The notes under the pieces were generated by a model. That model was not told the DNA's origin. It saw only the letters and a list, made by a program, of their open reading frames with translations, and did not search any database. A program made the translations under genes and the position numbers. From assembly GCA_025058055.1 (NCBI GenBank), contig JANXEU010000002.1:23851-47850 (forward strand): 24,000 bases of DNA. Direction: 5' to 3'. Below are positions 1 to 8,091 of this stretch, piece by piece (position 1 is the first letter of the stretch; each line of letters begins with the position of its first letter). This DNA comes from Candidatus Calditenuaceae archaeon (GTDB lineage Archaea > Thermoproteota > Nitrososphaeria_A > Caldarchaeales > Calditenuaceae).

Positions 1-265
1 GCATCGCTCTAAGTGCTAGCGCGTCAAGGCCAGCGTAGTTGAGGACGTAGCCAGACTTCCTACCCGCAGGAGACCAGACGAGTGAAGCATCGTGCAGTTC
101 GCTCAGCAACTTCGCCAAGTACTGCTCGGAGAGTTTCATCGCTCTGGAGACCGATTCTACTCGAGTGAGGGAACCTCTCATGGAATTGCGCTCGATAACC
201 CGGAGGACATTGAAGTGTCTGTCGGAGAGCTCTGATACGGCCCTCAGGATCCTAGCTAGACCCAA
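1..265 (-). CDS. N-terminal part of a RIO2-like serine/threonine kinase (winged-helix region); C-terminus runs off the left edge
   Basis: Not in the ORF track because it is open at the edge. Reading the minus strand by hand from TTG at 265 gives MGLARILRAVSELSDRHFNVLRVIERNSMRGSLTRVESVSRAMKLSEQYLAKLLSELHDASLVWSPAGRKSGYVLNYAGLDALALRAM. This resembles the RIO2 wHTH ending in (L/Y)xYAGxDALAL. The start is ambiguous (265, or ATG at 181). It overlaps the ileS stop by about 14 nt. Confidence 0.5.
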   Translation of the reverse strand, partial: MGLARILRAVSELSDRHFNVLRVIERNSMRGSLTRVESVSRAMKLSEQYLAKLLSELHDASLVWSPAGRKSGYVLNYAGLDALALRAM

Positions 266-3200
266 CTTTTTTCCTTCTCATAAGCCCAACAACAAGCTTA
301 ACGTCGTCGATCTGCCACTCTCCCACTCTCTCGAACTCCTCACCGGTCGGCGGTGAACTCATCAAGTCAAGCCTCGTCCTAGTCTCCTCCTCCACGTGTT
401 CGACAAGCGCCCTGAGCCCATCCAGCTTGAGGTGCTCTGAGACGTAAACTCCACAGTCCACCACCTCTGTCAGCTCGAGGTTCATCTCCTTCCTCATCAC
501 CTGCACCCTCCTGATCACCTCATTGGCGAAGGCCATCGACTTGAGAGTCTCGTCGGCCTTCAAGTCTACGTACACGGTCGCGAACCTTCCCTCTGAGGAC
601 TTGAACCAATCGGGAAGTCTCTCAACGACCTGAACGTGCTCCGCCTTTAACACGAAGACGGTGCTGTCTGGAAGACTGAGGACGTACTCGCCGTTGGAGT
701 TCAACGAGTCTATTACTTCTTGCGGCCTTGACGCGCGGAGGGCCGCAATCACGTCGTTCAGCCTTCTGCCCGCTGCAGGACCAAGCTCACTAAGCACGGG
801 CTCGAGTTCCCGCCTTGACTCCTCAAGAGACTCGCTGACGTTTAGCACTTCTACCTTCATGGCGTTGGTCATTCTGGCCAAGTAATCGGAGAGCCGGAGT
901 ATGGCGTCCCTAGCCCTGGGCGAGTTGGGTGATATGACGATCCTCGACACGGGCCACCTGAGCTTGTACCCGGCCTTCTGCCTAGCGTTGAGGGAGGAAG
1001 CGATGACGTCGTCAACCACCTCCATCGCGTCTTCCAGCTCCTGATCGACCTTTTCCTCTTCTACCTTAGGCCACTTCAGGAGGCAGACGCTTTCAGGCAT
1101 CGACTTGGTTCGTATGCGTTGGTAGAGGAACTCGGCGACATAGGGTGCGAATGTTGAGAGCATCACTAGGTACCTCATTATCACGTAGTACATAGCTGCG
1201 TAGGACGCGATCTTCTTCGGAGACCTGCTCTCTTCCCAGAACCTCCTCCTGACCGCCCTGACGTATCTCCTGCTCAGCTCGTCGGTCGCGAATCTCAGAA
1301 GGGCTCTCGCTGCATCCGTTAGCTCGTATCTCTCGACGGAGGCAGTCACAGACCGTATCAGGGAGTTCACCCTTGACACGATCCACCTGTCCTCTGGCTC
1401 GGCGTACCTCAGATACGCGTCGTAGCCCTCCCTCTCCGGGTCGTATCTGTCGAGGTCGAAGTACGTCTTCGCGAAGGAGACCACGTTCCAGAAGACGTTG
1501 AGGTTTGACTGTACCTGCTTGATCTCCTCTGGGTCGAAGTTCATCGACTCCCAGACCTGAGACTTGGTGAGCAGATAGAGGCGTAGGTTATCGACACCGA
1601 ACCTCTCGAATGACTCGTTGGCCCAGATTACGTTTCCCTTGCTCTTCGACATCTTCTTGCCCTCCTTGTCGAGCACGTGGCTCTGAGTGAGAACCGACTT
1701 GAAGGGCGACCTTCCGAAGAGGAGGGCTGATGTGAAGAGGAGCGTGTAGAACCAACCTCGCGTCTGATCGATGGCTTCCGTGATGAAGTCATACGGGAAG
1801 AGCCTGTTGAAGAGGTGAGGGCTCGAGAGGTAGTCGATGCTAGCGAAGTGCGCGACTCCTGAATCGAGCCAAGTGTCGAGCACAAAGGGTTCCCTCTTCA
1901 TCATGCCACCGCACTTCCCGCATCGGAAGACTACCACATCGATCCAAGGCCTGTGAAGTCTCAGCTCTTTTGGCAGCTCGATGGCCTCCCTTTCGGTCTC
2001 AGCTCTCGACCCTACTACCCTTCTGGAACCGCAAGACTCACAGGTCCATACGTTCAGAGGCGTCCCCCATATCTTGGTCCGAGAGATGCACCAGTCCTCT
2101 GCGTTCTCGAGCCACTCTCTGAACCGCGCTGACCCGGCCCACGCCGGAACCCACTTTATCCTGCCGTTCTCCTCTAGCATGAGCCTCTTTATCCTGTCGA
2201 CCCGAAGGAACCACTGCCTGCTCGCGAGGTAAACGAGGGGCGTTCCGCACCTCCAGCAGTGAGGGTAGTTGTGGACCACGACGCCCCTGTGCAGCAGAAG
2301 TCCCTTGCTGGAGAGGAGATCGATGATCTCGTTCGCGGCCTCCCTGTGATCCTTACCTGAGAAGCGCCCCACCTCCTCCGTGAAGAGACCGTTAGTCGCG
2401 ATGGGACAAAAGACAGGCAATCCGTACCTCTTACCCAGCTCGAAGTCTTCGGGACCGTGACCTGGCGCGATGTGTACCAACCCAGTCCCCTCCTCCATCG
2501 ACACGAAATCCGCTGAGACGATCGCGTGAGCCGGATGAGAGTGCTGCTCGTGGACCCTCACTTCCTCCATGAACGGATGTCTGTATCTAAGGCCCTCCAG
2601 CTCGGATCCCGGCAATCTCTTTACGATCTCGACGAGCTCAAGACCCGCGTTCGCCCTGACTTGCTCCAGTAACTTCTCCGCAACGATCAGGTTTCCGCGG
2701 CTGGTCCTGACCTCGACGTAACTCTCTTCCCCGCTCACGGCGATTGCTTCATTGGCTAACAGAGTCCACGGCGTCGTGGTCCAGATGACGGCGTAGGTCT
2801 CTGTCCTCTCAACGATGGGGAAGAGCACGTAGAGCGAGTAGTCCTCTACCTCCTCGTATCCCTGAGAGACTTCGTGTGAGGACAGGGGCGTCTCGCACCG
2901 GGGACAGAAGGGAACCACCTTGTAGCTGGCTACGAGGTCTCCATCGTCGTGAGCCTTCTTCAAAAGGTACCAGACGTGTTCCATGTAACGCTCGTTCCTA
3001 GTCTCGTAGGCCAAGTCGTAGTCGAGCCATAGACCTAACCTCTCAGAGTCACTCCTCCAATGGTGAATGTAGTGGTCGACCAGTTTGTTGGCCTCCTCGA
3101 CGAACCTCTCCATTCCGACGACCTCGACGTCCTTCTTCGACCTTATGCCGAGCAGCTTCTCGACCTCCAGTTCTGTCGGAAGGCCCTGACAGTCCCATCC

Positions 3201-3446
3201 TGCCCTCCTCCAGACGTGGAAACCCTGCATGGTCTTGAACCTGAGAACGACGTCCTTGCAGACCCTGCCTCTCACGTGGCCGACGTGCATGTACCCGTTG
3301 ACCGTAGGAGGTCCCTCTAGGAAAGAGAAGATGGGCCCTCCTTTGTTGTGCTCGACGAACTTCCTCGGGATGTCGTGCTCCCTCCAGAACCGAGCAACCT
3401 CCTCCTCGACCTTTGAGGGTTCGTATATCGGCGGAAGCGCGTACAT
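252..3446 (-). CDS. ileS: Isoleucyl-tRNA synthetase
   Basis: 1064-aa ORF with a HIGH-type motif (GYMHVGHVRGR), KMSKSKGN, the IleRS WxCxTPL-type editing/connection segments (AVIWTTTPWTLLANEAIAV) and DTWLDSGVA. Confidence 0.96.
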   Translation of the reverse strand: MYALPPIYEPSKVEEEVARFWREHDIPRKFVEHNKGGPIFSFLEGPPTVNGYMHVGHVRGRVCKDVVLRFKTMQGFHVWRRAGWDCQGLPTELEVEKLLGIRSKKDVEVVGMERFVEEANKLVDHYIHHWRSDSERLGLWLDYDLAYETRNERYMEHVWYLLKKAHDDGDLVASYKVVPFCPRCETPLSSHEVSQGYEEVEDYSLYVLFPIVERTETYAVIWTTTPWTLLANEAIAVSGEESYVEVRTSRGNLIVAEKLLEQVRANAGLELVEIVKRLPGSELEGLRYRHPFMEEVRVHEQHSHPAHAIVSADFVSMEEGTGLVHIAPGHGPEDFELGKRYGLPVFCPIATNGLFTEEVGRFSGKDHREAANEIIDLLSSKGLLLHRGVVVHNYPHCWRCGTPLVYLASRQWFLRVDRIKRLMLEENGRIKWVPAWAGSARFREWLENAEDWCISRTKIWGTPLNVWTCESCGSRRVVGSRAETEREAIELPKELRLHRPWIDVVVFRCGKCGGMMKREPFVLDTWLDSGVAHFASIDYLSSPHLFNRLFPYDFITEAIDQTRGWFYTLLFTSALLFGRSPFKSVLTQSHVLDKEGKKMSKSKGNVIWANESFERFGVDNLRLYLLTKSQVWESMNFDPEEIKQVQSNLNVFWNVVSFAKTYFDLDRYDPEREGYDAYLRYAEPEDRWIVSRVNSLIRSVTASVERYELTDAARALLRFATDELSRRYVRAVRRRFWEESRSPKKIASYAAMYYVIMRYLVMLSTFAPYVAEFLYQRIRTKSMPESVCLLKWPKVEEEKVDQELEDAMEVVDDVIASSLNARQKAGYKLRWPVSRIVISPNSPRARDAILRLSDYLARMTNAMKVEVLNVSESLEESRRELEPVLSELGPAAGRRLNDVIAALRASRPQEVIDSLNSNGEYVLSLPDSTVFVLKAEHVQVVERLPDWFKSSEGRFATVYVDLKADETLKSMAFANEVIRRVQVMRKEMNLELTEVVDCGVYVSEHLKLDGLRALVEHVEEETRTRLDLMSSPPTGEEFERVGEWQIDDVKLVVGLMRRKKVGSS

Positions 3447-3684
3447 ATCCTGCCAATCAATTTACGGCTGAGTTCTTTTATTTTTTCCTTGACTTCGTGA
3501 AACGGCCAGCCCTCGTTTACGGCCCCTTTCATCAAACCTTCGAACACAAGTCCGATTGTTGCTCACTGTCTGGCCGTGTTATCACCCTATCACGCTCAGC
3601 CTCTCATCCAACGCGCTGACCTTCGTCTCTTTCAGGAATTAAGGCTAATAGGACGGCATGGGCTCGTTGTGACGAGAACGAACA

Positions 3685-3790
3685 GCGGGGGTAGCCAAGC
3701 CTGGTCAAAGGCGCAGGGTTGAGGGCCCTGTCCCGTAGGCCGAGTTGAAAAGGGCGGTCGGGTTCGTGGGTTCGAATCCCACCCCCCGCA
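3685..3790 (+). tRNA. tRNA-Leu(GAG) with an extra ~17-21 nt in the variable-arm region
   Basis: Acceptor GCGGGGG/CCCCCGC-A, anticodon stem-loop CAGGG-TTGAGGG-CCCTG, T-arm GTGGG-TTCGAAT-CCCAC. The variable region is tcccgtaggccgagttgaaaagggcggtcgggttc, longer than the usual ~14 nt. Confidence 0.9.
3762..3790 (+). repeat. 29-bp direct repeat, copy 1 (3' end of tRNA-Leu); candidate att-like boundary
   Basis: gttcgtgggttcgaatcccaccccccgca is identical to 8141-8169. Confidence 0.6.
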
Positions 3791-4061
3791 ATTGAAGAGA
3801 AGATGCTGTTTATTCGGTCATGTCGATTGGGCGGTGAATTTAAGGCGTGTTTCAGTGGAAATGGCTTTTGAGTGTCTCCTCGCTGCGAAGCGGCAGACGG
3901 ATTCCTAATGGGGTGAAGGATTTTTGATGCGATAAGGTGCTTTCGTTGTTGGAGGCGGTAAAGTCGTCTAGGTTGGAAGTTTAGCTGAGAAGCTAAAGGG
4001 GCTATTCATGGATGTTAAAATGTTATTTTGAAGACACCGTCTACGTCTAACATGACCAAGC

Positions 4062-4374
4062 GTGTAGTCATAGTAATAGTAGCCATCATAATTTCAATAG
4101 TTTTATCATCGTTGTACATCACACTTAATCCTACATGTGTCACTAGGACCGAGTACCTAATTTAGAGACATGTCGTTTGAGAACTGCTCTTTACGGCGTC
4201 TGTGTGATCACGTTCCATGTTCAGGGACTATCTATGGATTGGCAAGACCGTGTGGACTTGGATAAGCATAGGGAATTTGAAACCATCCTTAACAGTCTGG
4301 CGGAGGCGGGCGAGTTTGAGTTTATGACTATGAGTTCATACTACATGCGCCGGCCAGCAGCAGCCAATCCGTGA
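4062..4374 (+). pseudogene. Remnant of a membrane-anchored or secreted protein, probably polysaccharide-deacetylase-like (N-terminal signal segment plus C-terminal fragment, middle lost)
   Basis: ATG at 4062 encodes MTKRVVIVIVAIIISIVLSSLYITLNPTCVTRTEYLI*, a signal/TM segment. A second frame (ORF 4177-4374) encodes ALYGVCVITFHVQGLSMDWQDRVDLDKHREFETILNSLAEAGEFEFMTMSSYY, resembling the C-terminus of archaeal polysaccharide deacetylases. Confidence 0.35.
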
Positions 4375-4416
4375 AAAGCGAGAGCTGGATAGGTTTAACA
4401 TCGGGTCGTAGGCTGA

Positions 4417-4974
4417 TTGTTTAGGATGTTGTCGGGTAAGCAGAGAGAATGGCTGCTTAAGCTTTTGAAGCATCGGAGCCGTTTAACATGTGTTGAATGG
4501 GCGGAGGTCGAGTCTGTTTTGAAGGAGAATTACGAGAAGCTGTCTTCTCTGTATGAGATGGAGAGGACGGGGGGCGAGCCTGCATTAGTTGCTTACGATG
4601 AGGGGGCTGGGCAGCTTGTTTTCATGGATTGTTCGCCCGAGAGCCCGGCTGGTCGTAGAGGGCTGTGCTACGACCGTGAGGCGATGGCTCTCCGCATCAA
4701 GAAAGGTGTGCATCCGAAGGGGAACGTTGTGGACATGGCGGCTGAGATGGGGGTTGAGGTTTTGACGGAGGAACAGTACAGATGGCTGCAGACCGTCGGC
4801 GAGTTTGACACACGCACGTCCAGCTGGCTGAATACACCCGACAATGTTAGAAAACATGGCGGCGCCATATTCGCTGAACGACGGTACAACACGGTTTTCG
4901 TATGTGCAAACAGTGCTCAATCTTTTTACAGCAGCCGAGGATTCCGAGCGGTTCTCAAAGTACCAATAAGCTAA
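4417..4974 (+). CDS. DUF4256 family protein
   Basis: 185-aa intact ORF with EMERTGGEPALVAYD, VFMDCSPESPAGRRGLCYDREA, GVEVLTEEQYRWLQTVGEFDTRTSSWL, GGAIFAERRYNTVFVCANSAQSFYSSRGFR, the conserved blocks I recall for DUF4256. Confidence 0.85.
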   Translation: MFRMLSGKQREWLLKLLKHRSRLTCVEWAEVESVLKENYEKLSSLYEMERTGGEPALVAYDEGAGQLVFMDCSPESPAGRRGLCYDREAMALRIKKGVHPKGNVVDMAAEMGVEVLTEEQYRWLQTVGEFDTRTSSWLNTPDNVRKHGGAIFAERRYNTVFVCANSAQSFYSSRGFRAVLKVPIS

Positions 4975-5020
4975 TCGACAGCGGACAAAATCATTCTCAG
5001 ACAAGGCTGCGACCTTTACT

Positions 5021-5408
5021 TTAGAACCGCATGCAGGCCTTCACCGTTAGCCGCGCCTTGTTTAAAATCTCCGTGGCCCGATCTCTGCCAAAGGCCCTGC
5101 TGGCAGATATCCGCTCTCTTTCATAGCCGTAAAACGTTGGCCCACGAATACTTGCGGGTTCTGTCAGAAGCTTCCGCATCTCCATCAGCATTTCTCTCAA
5201 ATAGTCGGGCAGCATCAACCACCACCAGAACGTCTATGTCGCTTTCAGGCCCCGCCCTACTCGTGGCGACAGAGCCGAACACGCAGACAGACCTCAGCCT
5301 CTCGCCAAAACGTGTCTGCAGCAGCTGGAAGTGGTCGTCAACTAACTCAAGATACTCCCGTTGAATTTTCTCCAAGTAAACGGGCTCGCTCAGTGCCGAG
5401 TTGAACAA
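5021..5408 (-). pseudogene. MNT-type nucleotidyltransferase-domain gene with an apparent frameshift
   Basis: ORF 5121-5408 encodes LRSVCVFGSVATSRAGPESDIDVLVVVDAA (GSxxxx..SDxDxLVVV MNT motif) and then loses similarity. The +1 frame, ORF 5021-5218, picks up at LPDYLREMLMEMRKLLTE. Confidence 0.65.
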
Positions 5409-5426
5409 AATATGCTAACACGGCTA

Positions 5427-7061
5427 TTAATCACTTCTGTTCAGAATTTCTCTAAGTTTTCTTTTAACGTAGGCTGGGCTTGTTTCAGCGTATTCAGCGA
5501 TTTTAACCGGGTCTGTTTCACCCTTTTCCAGTAGATATTCGATGGCTTTGTCCACAGCTGTTTTACGCACGAGGTTTACGATTTTTCGAGGCGTTCTAAT
5601 TGCGTAGTTTTTCTCGAGCATGTCTAAGTTGTCGAGGATGGTGAATGATTTTTCCGCTTGAATTTCTTTCGGCAGGTTATGAATTTCCTCTATTATTTTC
5701 TTCCAGTCGACTCCGTGCCTTCGGATTGTTTCGGCTGCATCGCCTATGTCTCTTTCCCTTGACGTCAAAAGTTTTAGAAAAACAACGTCGTTGAGGTCTA
5801 GGAGCATCAGCTTAAGTTTACCGAGAGCGATCCCGAAAGTAGCTCGGTCCAGAATTTTTTGTGAAACCTTCACTCTCGCCACCTCTTCCGTGAAAACGTC
5901 TACCCTCATTAAAGTCGGGTGTATGAAGATGTTGCTCGGGTTTGCTCTAAGGTCTCCCTGCGTCCATTCTGCTGTTTTTCGAAACCCTGCAGCTGTTAGT
6001 GCCTTCTCAACTGTTTGGTAGTCTTCTCTGCTCCTGACCAAGATGTCTATGTCTTTCGTCGACGGCTTTATGCCCCTGATGACCATATTTATTCCACCTA
6101 AAAGGTAAACGGTGGTTTCACGTTCAACCTCTCTAGCCCATTTTTCTATGTTGGACATTATTTCGTCTGAGGGGAGTGATGGATGGGCCTTGATTCCGTA
6201 CTGTGAGCAGAGGTCTCTGAACTCGTTCCATGGAAGGAAAATGTCGGGGTTCGCTACTGGAAGACCTTCTACGTAGCTCTCTAAATCAAGCAGAACGCTA
6301 ATCACAGGTGTTTTCTTTGCTATCTTTCTTGCTCTTAGCAGGTCTATGTTTGTTCTGTTGGCCATGTAGAACACGGCGCACATGGTTCTTTCCTGCTTAG
6401 TCCTCGATGAGAGAAGTGCGTGGACCAATACTTCTTCACGGCCTATTCTGTCAGCGGGGTAAGCATAGTAGTCTCGGTCTGTGATGTACAGGACTCCGTA
6501 ATCTTTGAAACGGGAAAAAGCCGTCAACTCGCCTTTCGCAAGCATGCCTCGTGGAACTGATTTGATGATGAAACCATTCGAAAAGAGGACAACTGCTTCT
6601 GGTTCGACGGCTTCCTGCCATTTTATCATCCTGAGTAAAGTAATTAAAAGACGGATGGTTTCGTCTTCAACTACATGATATCGATGGTTGATTTTCTTCA
6701 CGACACCTACTTCCATGAGACCGATGAGTGTTTTCCATACTGTTCTTCTGGACAACTCTGTGTTTTGGATTAGTTCTTCAAGATTTTTTGGTGTGAAAAG
6801 AGCGTATAGAACGTCAGGTGCGGCTCCCTTCAGAATCTTCGTCACGTCATACTGCTGTGCTACTTGTTGGAGCACTTTACCAACCGGGTTCCCACTAATC
6901 ATGTATAAGTTGCCCGCTTTTTCCGCAAGACCCATTTTCATCAGTGATTTTACGACCAAGTAAGCGTGTGGTTTGCTTATACCAAGCCTTAACCCTAGCT
7001 GATCCACGGTCATCGGGCCCCCTAACAAAACCTTGACCGCTCTAGCTTCTGTGCTATTCAT
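5427..7061 (-). CDS. wHTH regulator fused to a nucleotidyltransferase-like domain (DUF6036/AbiEii-like fold by motif)
   Basis: 544 aa. N-terminal MTVDQLGLRLGISKPHAYLVVKSLMKMGLAEK and a second wHTH-like unit LEELIQNTELSRRTVWKTLIGLMEVGVVKK. C-terminal VYLLGGINMVIRGIKPSTKDIDILVRSREDY...MRVDVFTEE, a nucleotidyltransferase-like GG..DxD pattern. Confidence 0.7.
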   Translation of the reverse strand: MNSTEARAVKVLLGGPMTVDQLGLRLGISKPHAYLVVKSLMKMGLAEKAGNLYMISGNPVGKVLQQVAQQYDVTKILKGAAPDVLYALFTPKNLEELIQNTELSRRTVWKTLIGLMEVGVVKKINHRYHVVEDETIRLLITLLRMIKWQEAVEPEAVVLFSNGFIIKSVPRGMLAKGELTAFSRFKDYGVLYITDRDYYAYPADRIGREEVLVHALLSSRTKQERTMCAVFYMANRTNIDLLRARKIAKKTPVISVLLDLESYVEGLPVANPDIFLPWNEFRDLCSQYGIKAHPSLPSDEIMSNIEKWAREVERETTVYLLGGINMVIRGIKPSTKDIDILVRSREDYQTVEKALTAAGFRKTAEWTQGDLRANPSNIFIHPTLMRVDVFTEEVARVKVSQKILDRATFGIALGKLKLMLLDLNDVVFLKLLTSRERDIGDAAETIRRHGVDWKKIIEEIHNLPKEIQAEKSFTILDNLDMLEKNYAIRTPRKIVNLVRKTAVDKAIEYLLEKGETDPVKIAEYAETSPAYVKRKLREILNRSD

Positions 7062-7069
7062 CAGTCTAG

Positions 7070-7115
7070 TTTACTTAGATAATATGACTTTATATAGTTG
7101 TCTTATGTAAGTAAA
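7070..7115 (-). promoter_or_regulatory. Promoter of the wHTH-nucleotidyltransferase gene: TATA-like element inside a 19+19 nt imperfect inverted repeat
   Basis: TTTACTTAGATAATATGAC (7070-7088) against the reverse complement of 7097-7115 (TTTACTTACATAAGACAAC), 15 of 19 matching and an 8-bp perfect outer arm. The centre tttatata (7089-7096) lies about 30 nt upstream of the ATG at 7061. Confidence 0.55.
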
Positions 7116-7154
7116 TTTTTTGGCACCGCTTCGGCTGCTAAGCTTGATAAAAGG

Positions 7155-7448
7155 CTGGCGCATATTTAGTCAAGGTTGAGGTTTTTAAGCCGGGTAGGAA
7201 AGCTTTGAAGCTTTACTTAGTTTATCTGTTGGTTGTTTTTGGCTCCGCTTGTCGTTTTTGGTTCCGTGGTTTCATGGGTTGTCTACGTTAATGCGCCGGA
7301 ACTTCTGCTGGTACTGTTGGCTGTCATTTTCGCTACTCTAACTGCTGTGGCGTTGCTCTACGTTTACTGGACCTTTAACTACGTCAAGTCGCTTGTATAC
7401 GAGCTGAACGATGAGGATGTTGTCATGCATGGTGTTCGTCGTCGATGA
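7155..7448 (+). pseudogene. Truncated and frameshifted small membrane protein, bPH2/PH-domain-like
   Basis: ORF 7233-7448: hydrophobic hairpin then YWTFNYVKSLVYELNDEDVVMHGV, like the start of bacterial/archaeal bPH2 domains. The other frame just upstream (about 7170-7232) reads VKVEVFKPGRKALKLYLVYLLVVFG, suggesting a frameshift near 7230. The ORF stops before the PH domain is complete. Confidence 0.4.
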
Positions 7449-8090
7449 TTAACCACGACGGGATCACTGCGAATGTCTTTCTATGATGTCCGTGGATGCT
7501 GTGCTAGCAGTCGACGTAGGAGGCCGACTCGTTCGTGAACCTCTCGTCATGTGCGTCGACGATGATGCCGAAGGATGTGGAGCGGTCAGCTAGTAAGAAA
7601 GAGGTTTTGCCATCGGGTGTGATTGCGACGGCCCCTCTCCAAGCCTTGTCCATCAAAGCAACTTTGGCGCCTATTTTGACGGTTGCCCGTATCGCGTCTC
7701 CTGCGTTGCTTGGTGCGCCTACCGTCCATTCCTTACTGGAAGAGTTTGGCAAATGTTTTTCACACATCTCTAGGCTGTATTCGAAACCGCCGCTGGCCAG
7801 CAGAACACCTTCACGGGCCAGAACCCTGACAGGCGTTCCTTGACTGAGGACGACAGCCCTTACCACACGGCCCTTTTCCGTGACCAGCTGCCTAAGAGGC
7901 GACTCAAGCCAAACCTCGACACCCTTCTTCAGACAAGGATAAAGAAGCTGGCCTTTGAGCGAGCCTCCCATGGTCAACGGTACACGGCCTGTCAAGCCGT
8001 AGACGATGAGCTGCGCGCCGAGGCGTAGGAAAGCATTCATGCCTGTGGAGCTTCTGGCGAGAAACTTTTTCCAAGCCTTGTTGGAGGCTG
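7444..8090 (-). pseudogene. Fragment of an FAD-dependent dehydrogenase (3-oxosteroid 1-dehydrogenase/fumarate-reductase flavoprotein-like)
   Basis: ORF 7504-8328 contains LTGRVPLTMGGSLKGQLLYPCLKKGVEVWLESPLRQLVTEKGRVVRAVVL...VLLASGGFEYSLEM...DERFTNESASYVDC. An in-frame TAG (7504-7506) follows, and the same frame then reads HSIHGHHRKTFAVIPSWLIID. The N-terminal third is replaced by antisense of a tRNA remnant. Confidence 0.7.
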
Positions 8091-8091
8091 T

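Noticed and set aside
3060-3471. Plus-strand and alternate-frame ORFs overlapping ileS (e.g. 3049-3456 -, 3060-3320 +, 3229-3471 +, 165-885 +)
   Set aside because: High-GC shadow ORFs within a strongly supported coding gene; low-complexity composition and no recognisable motifs.
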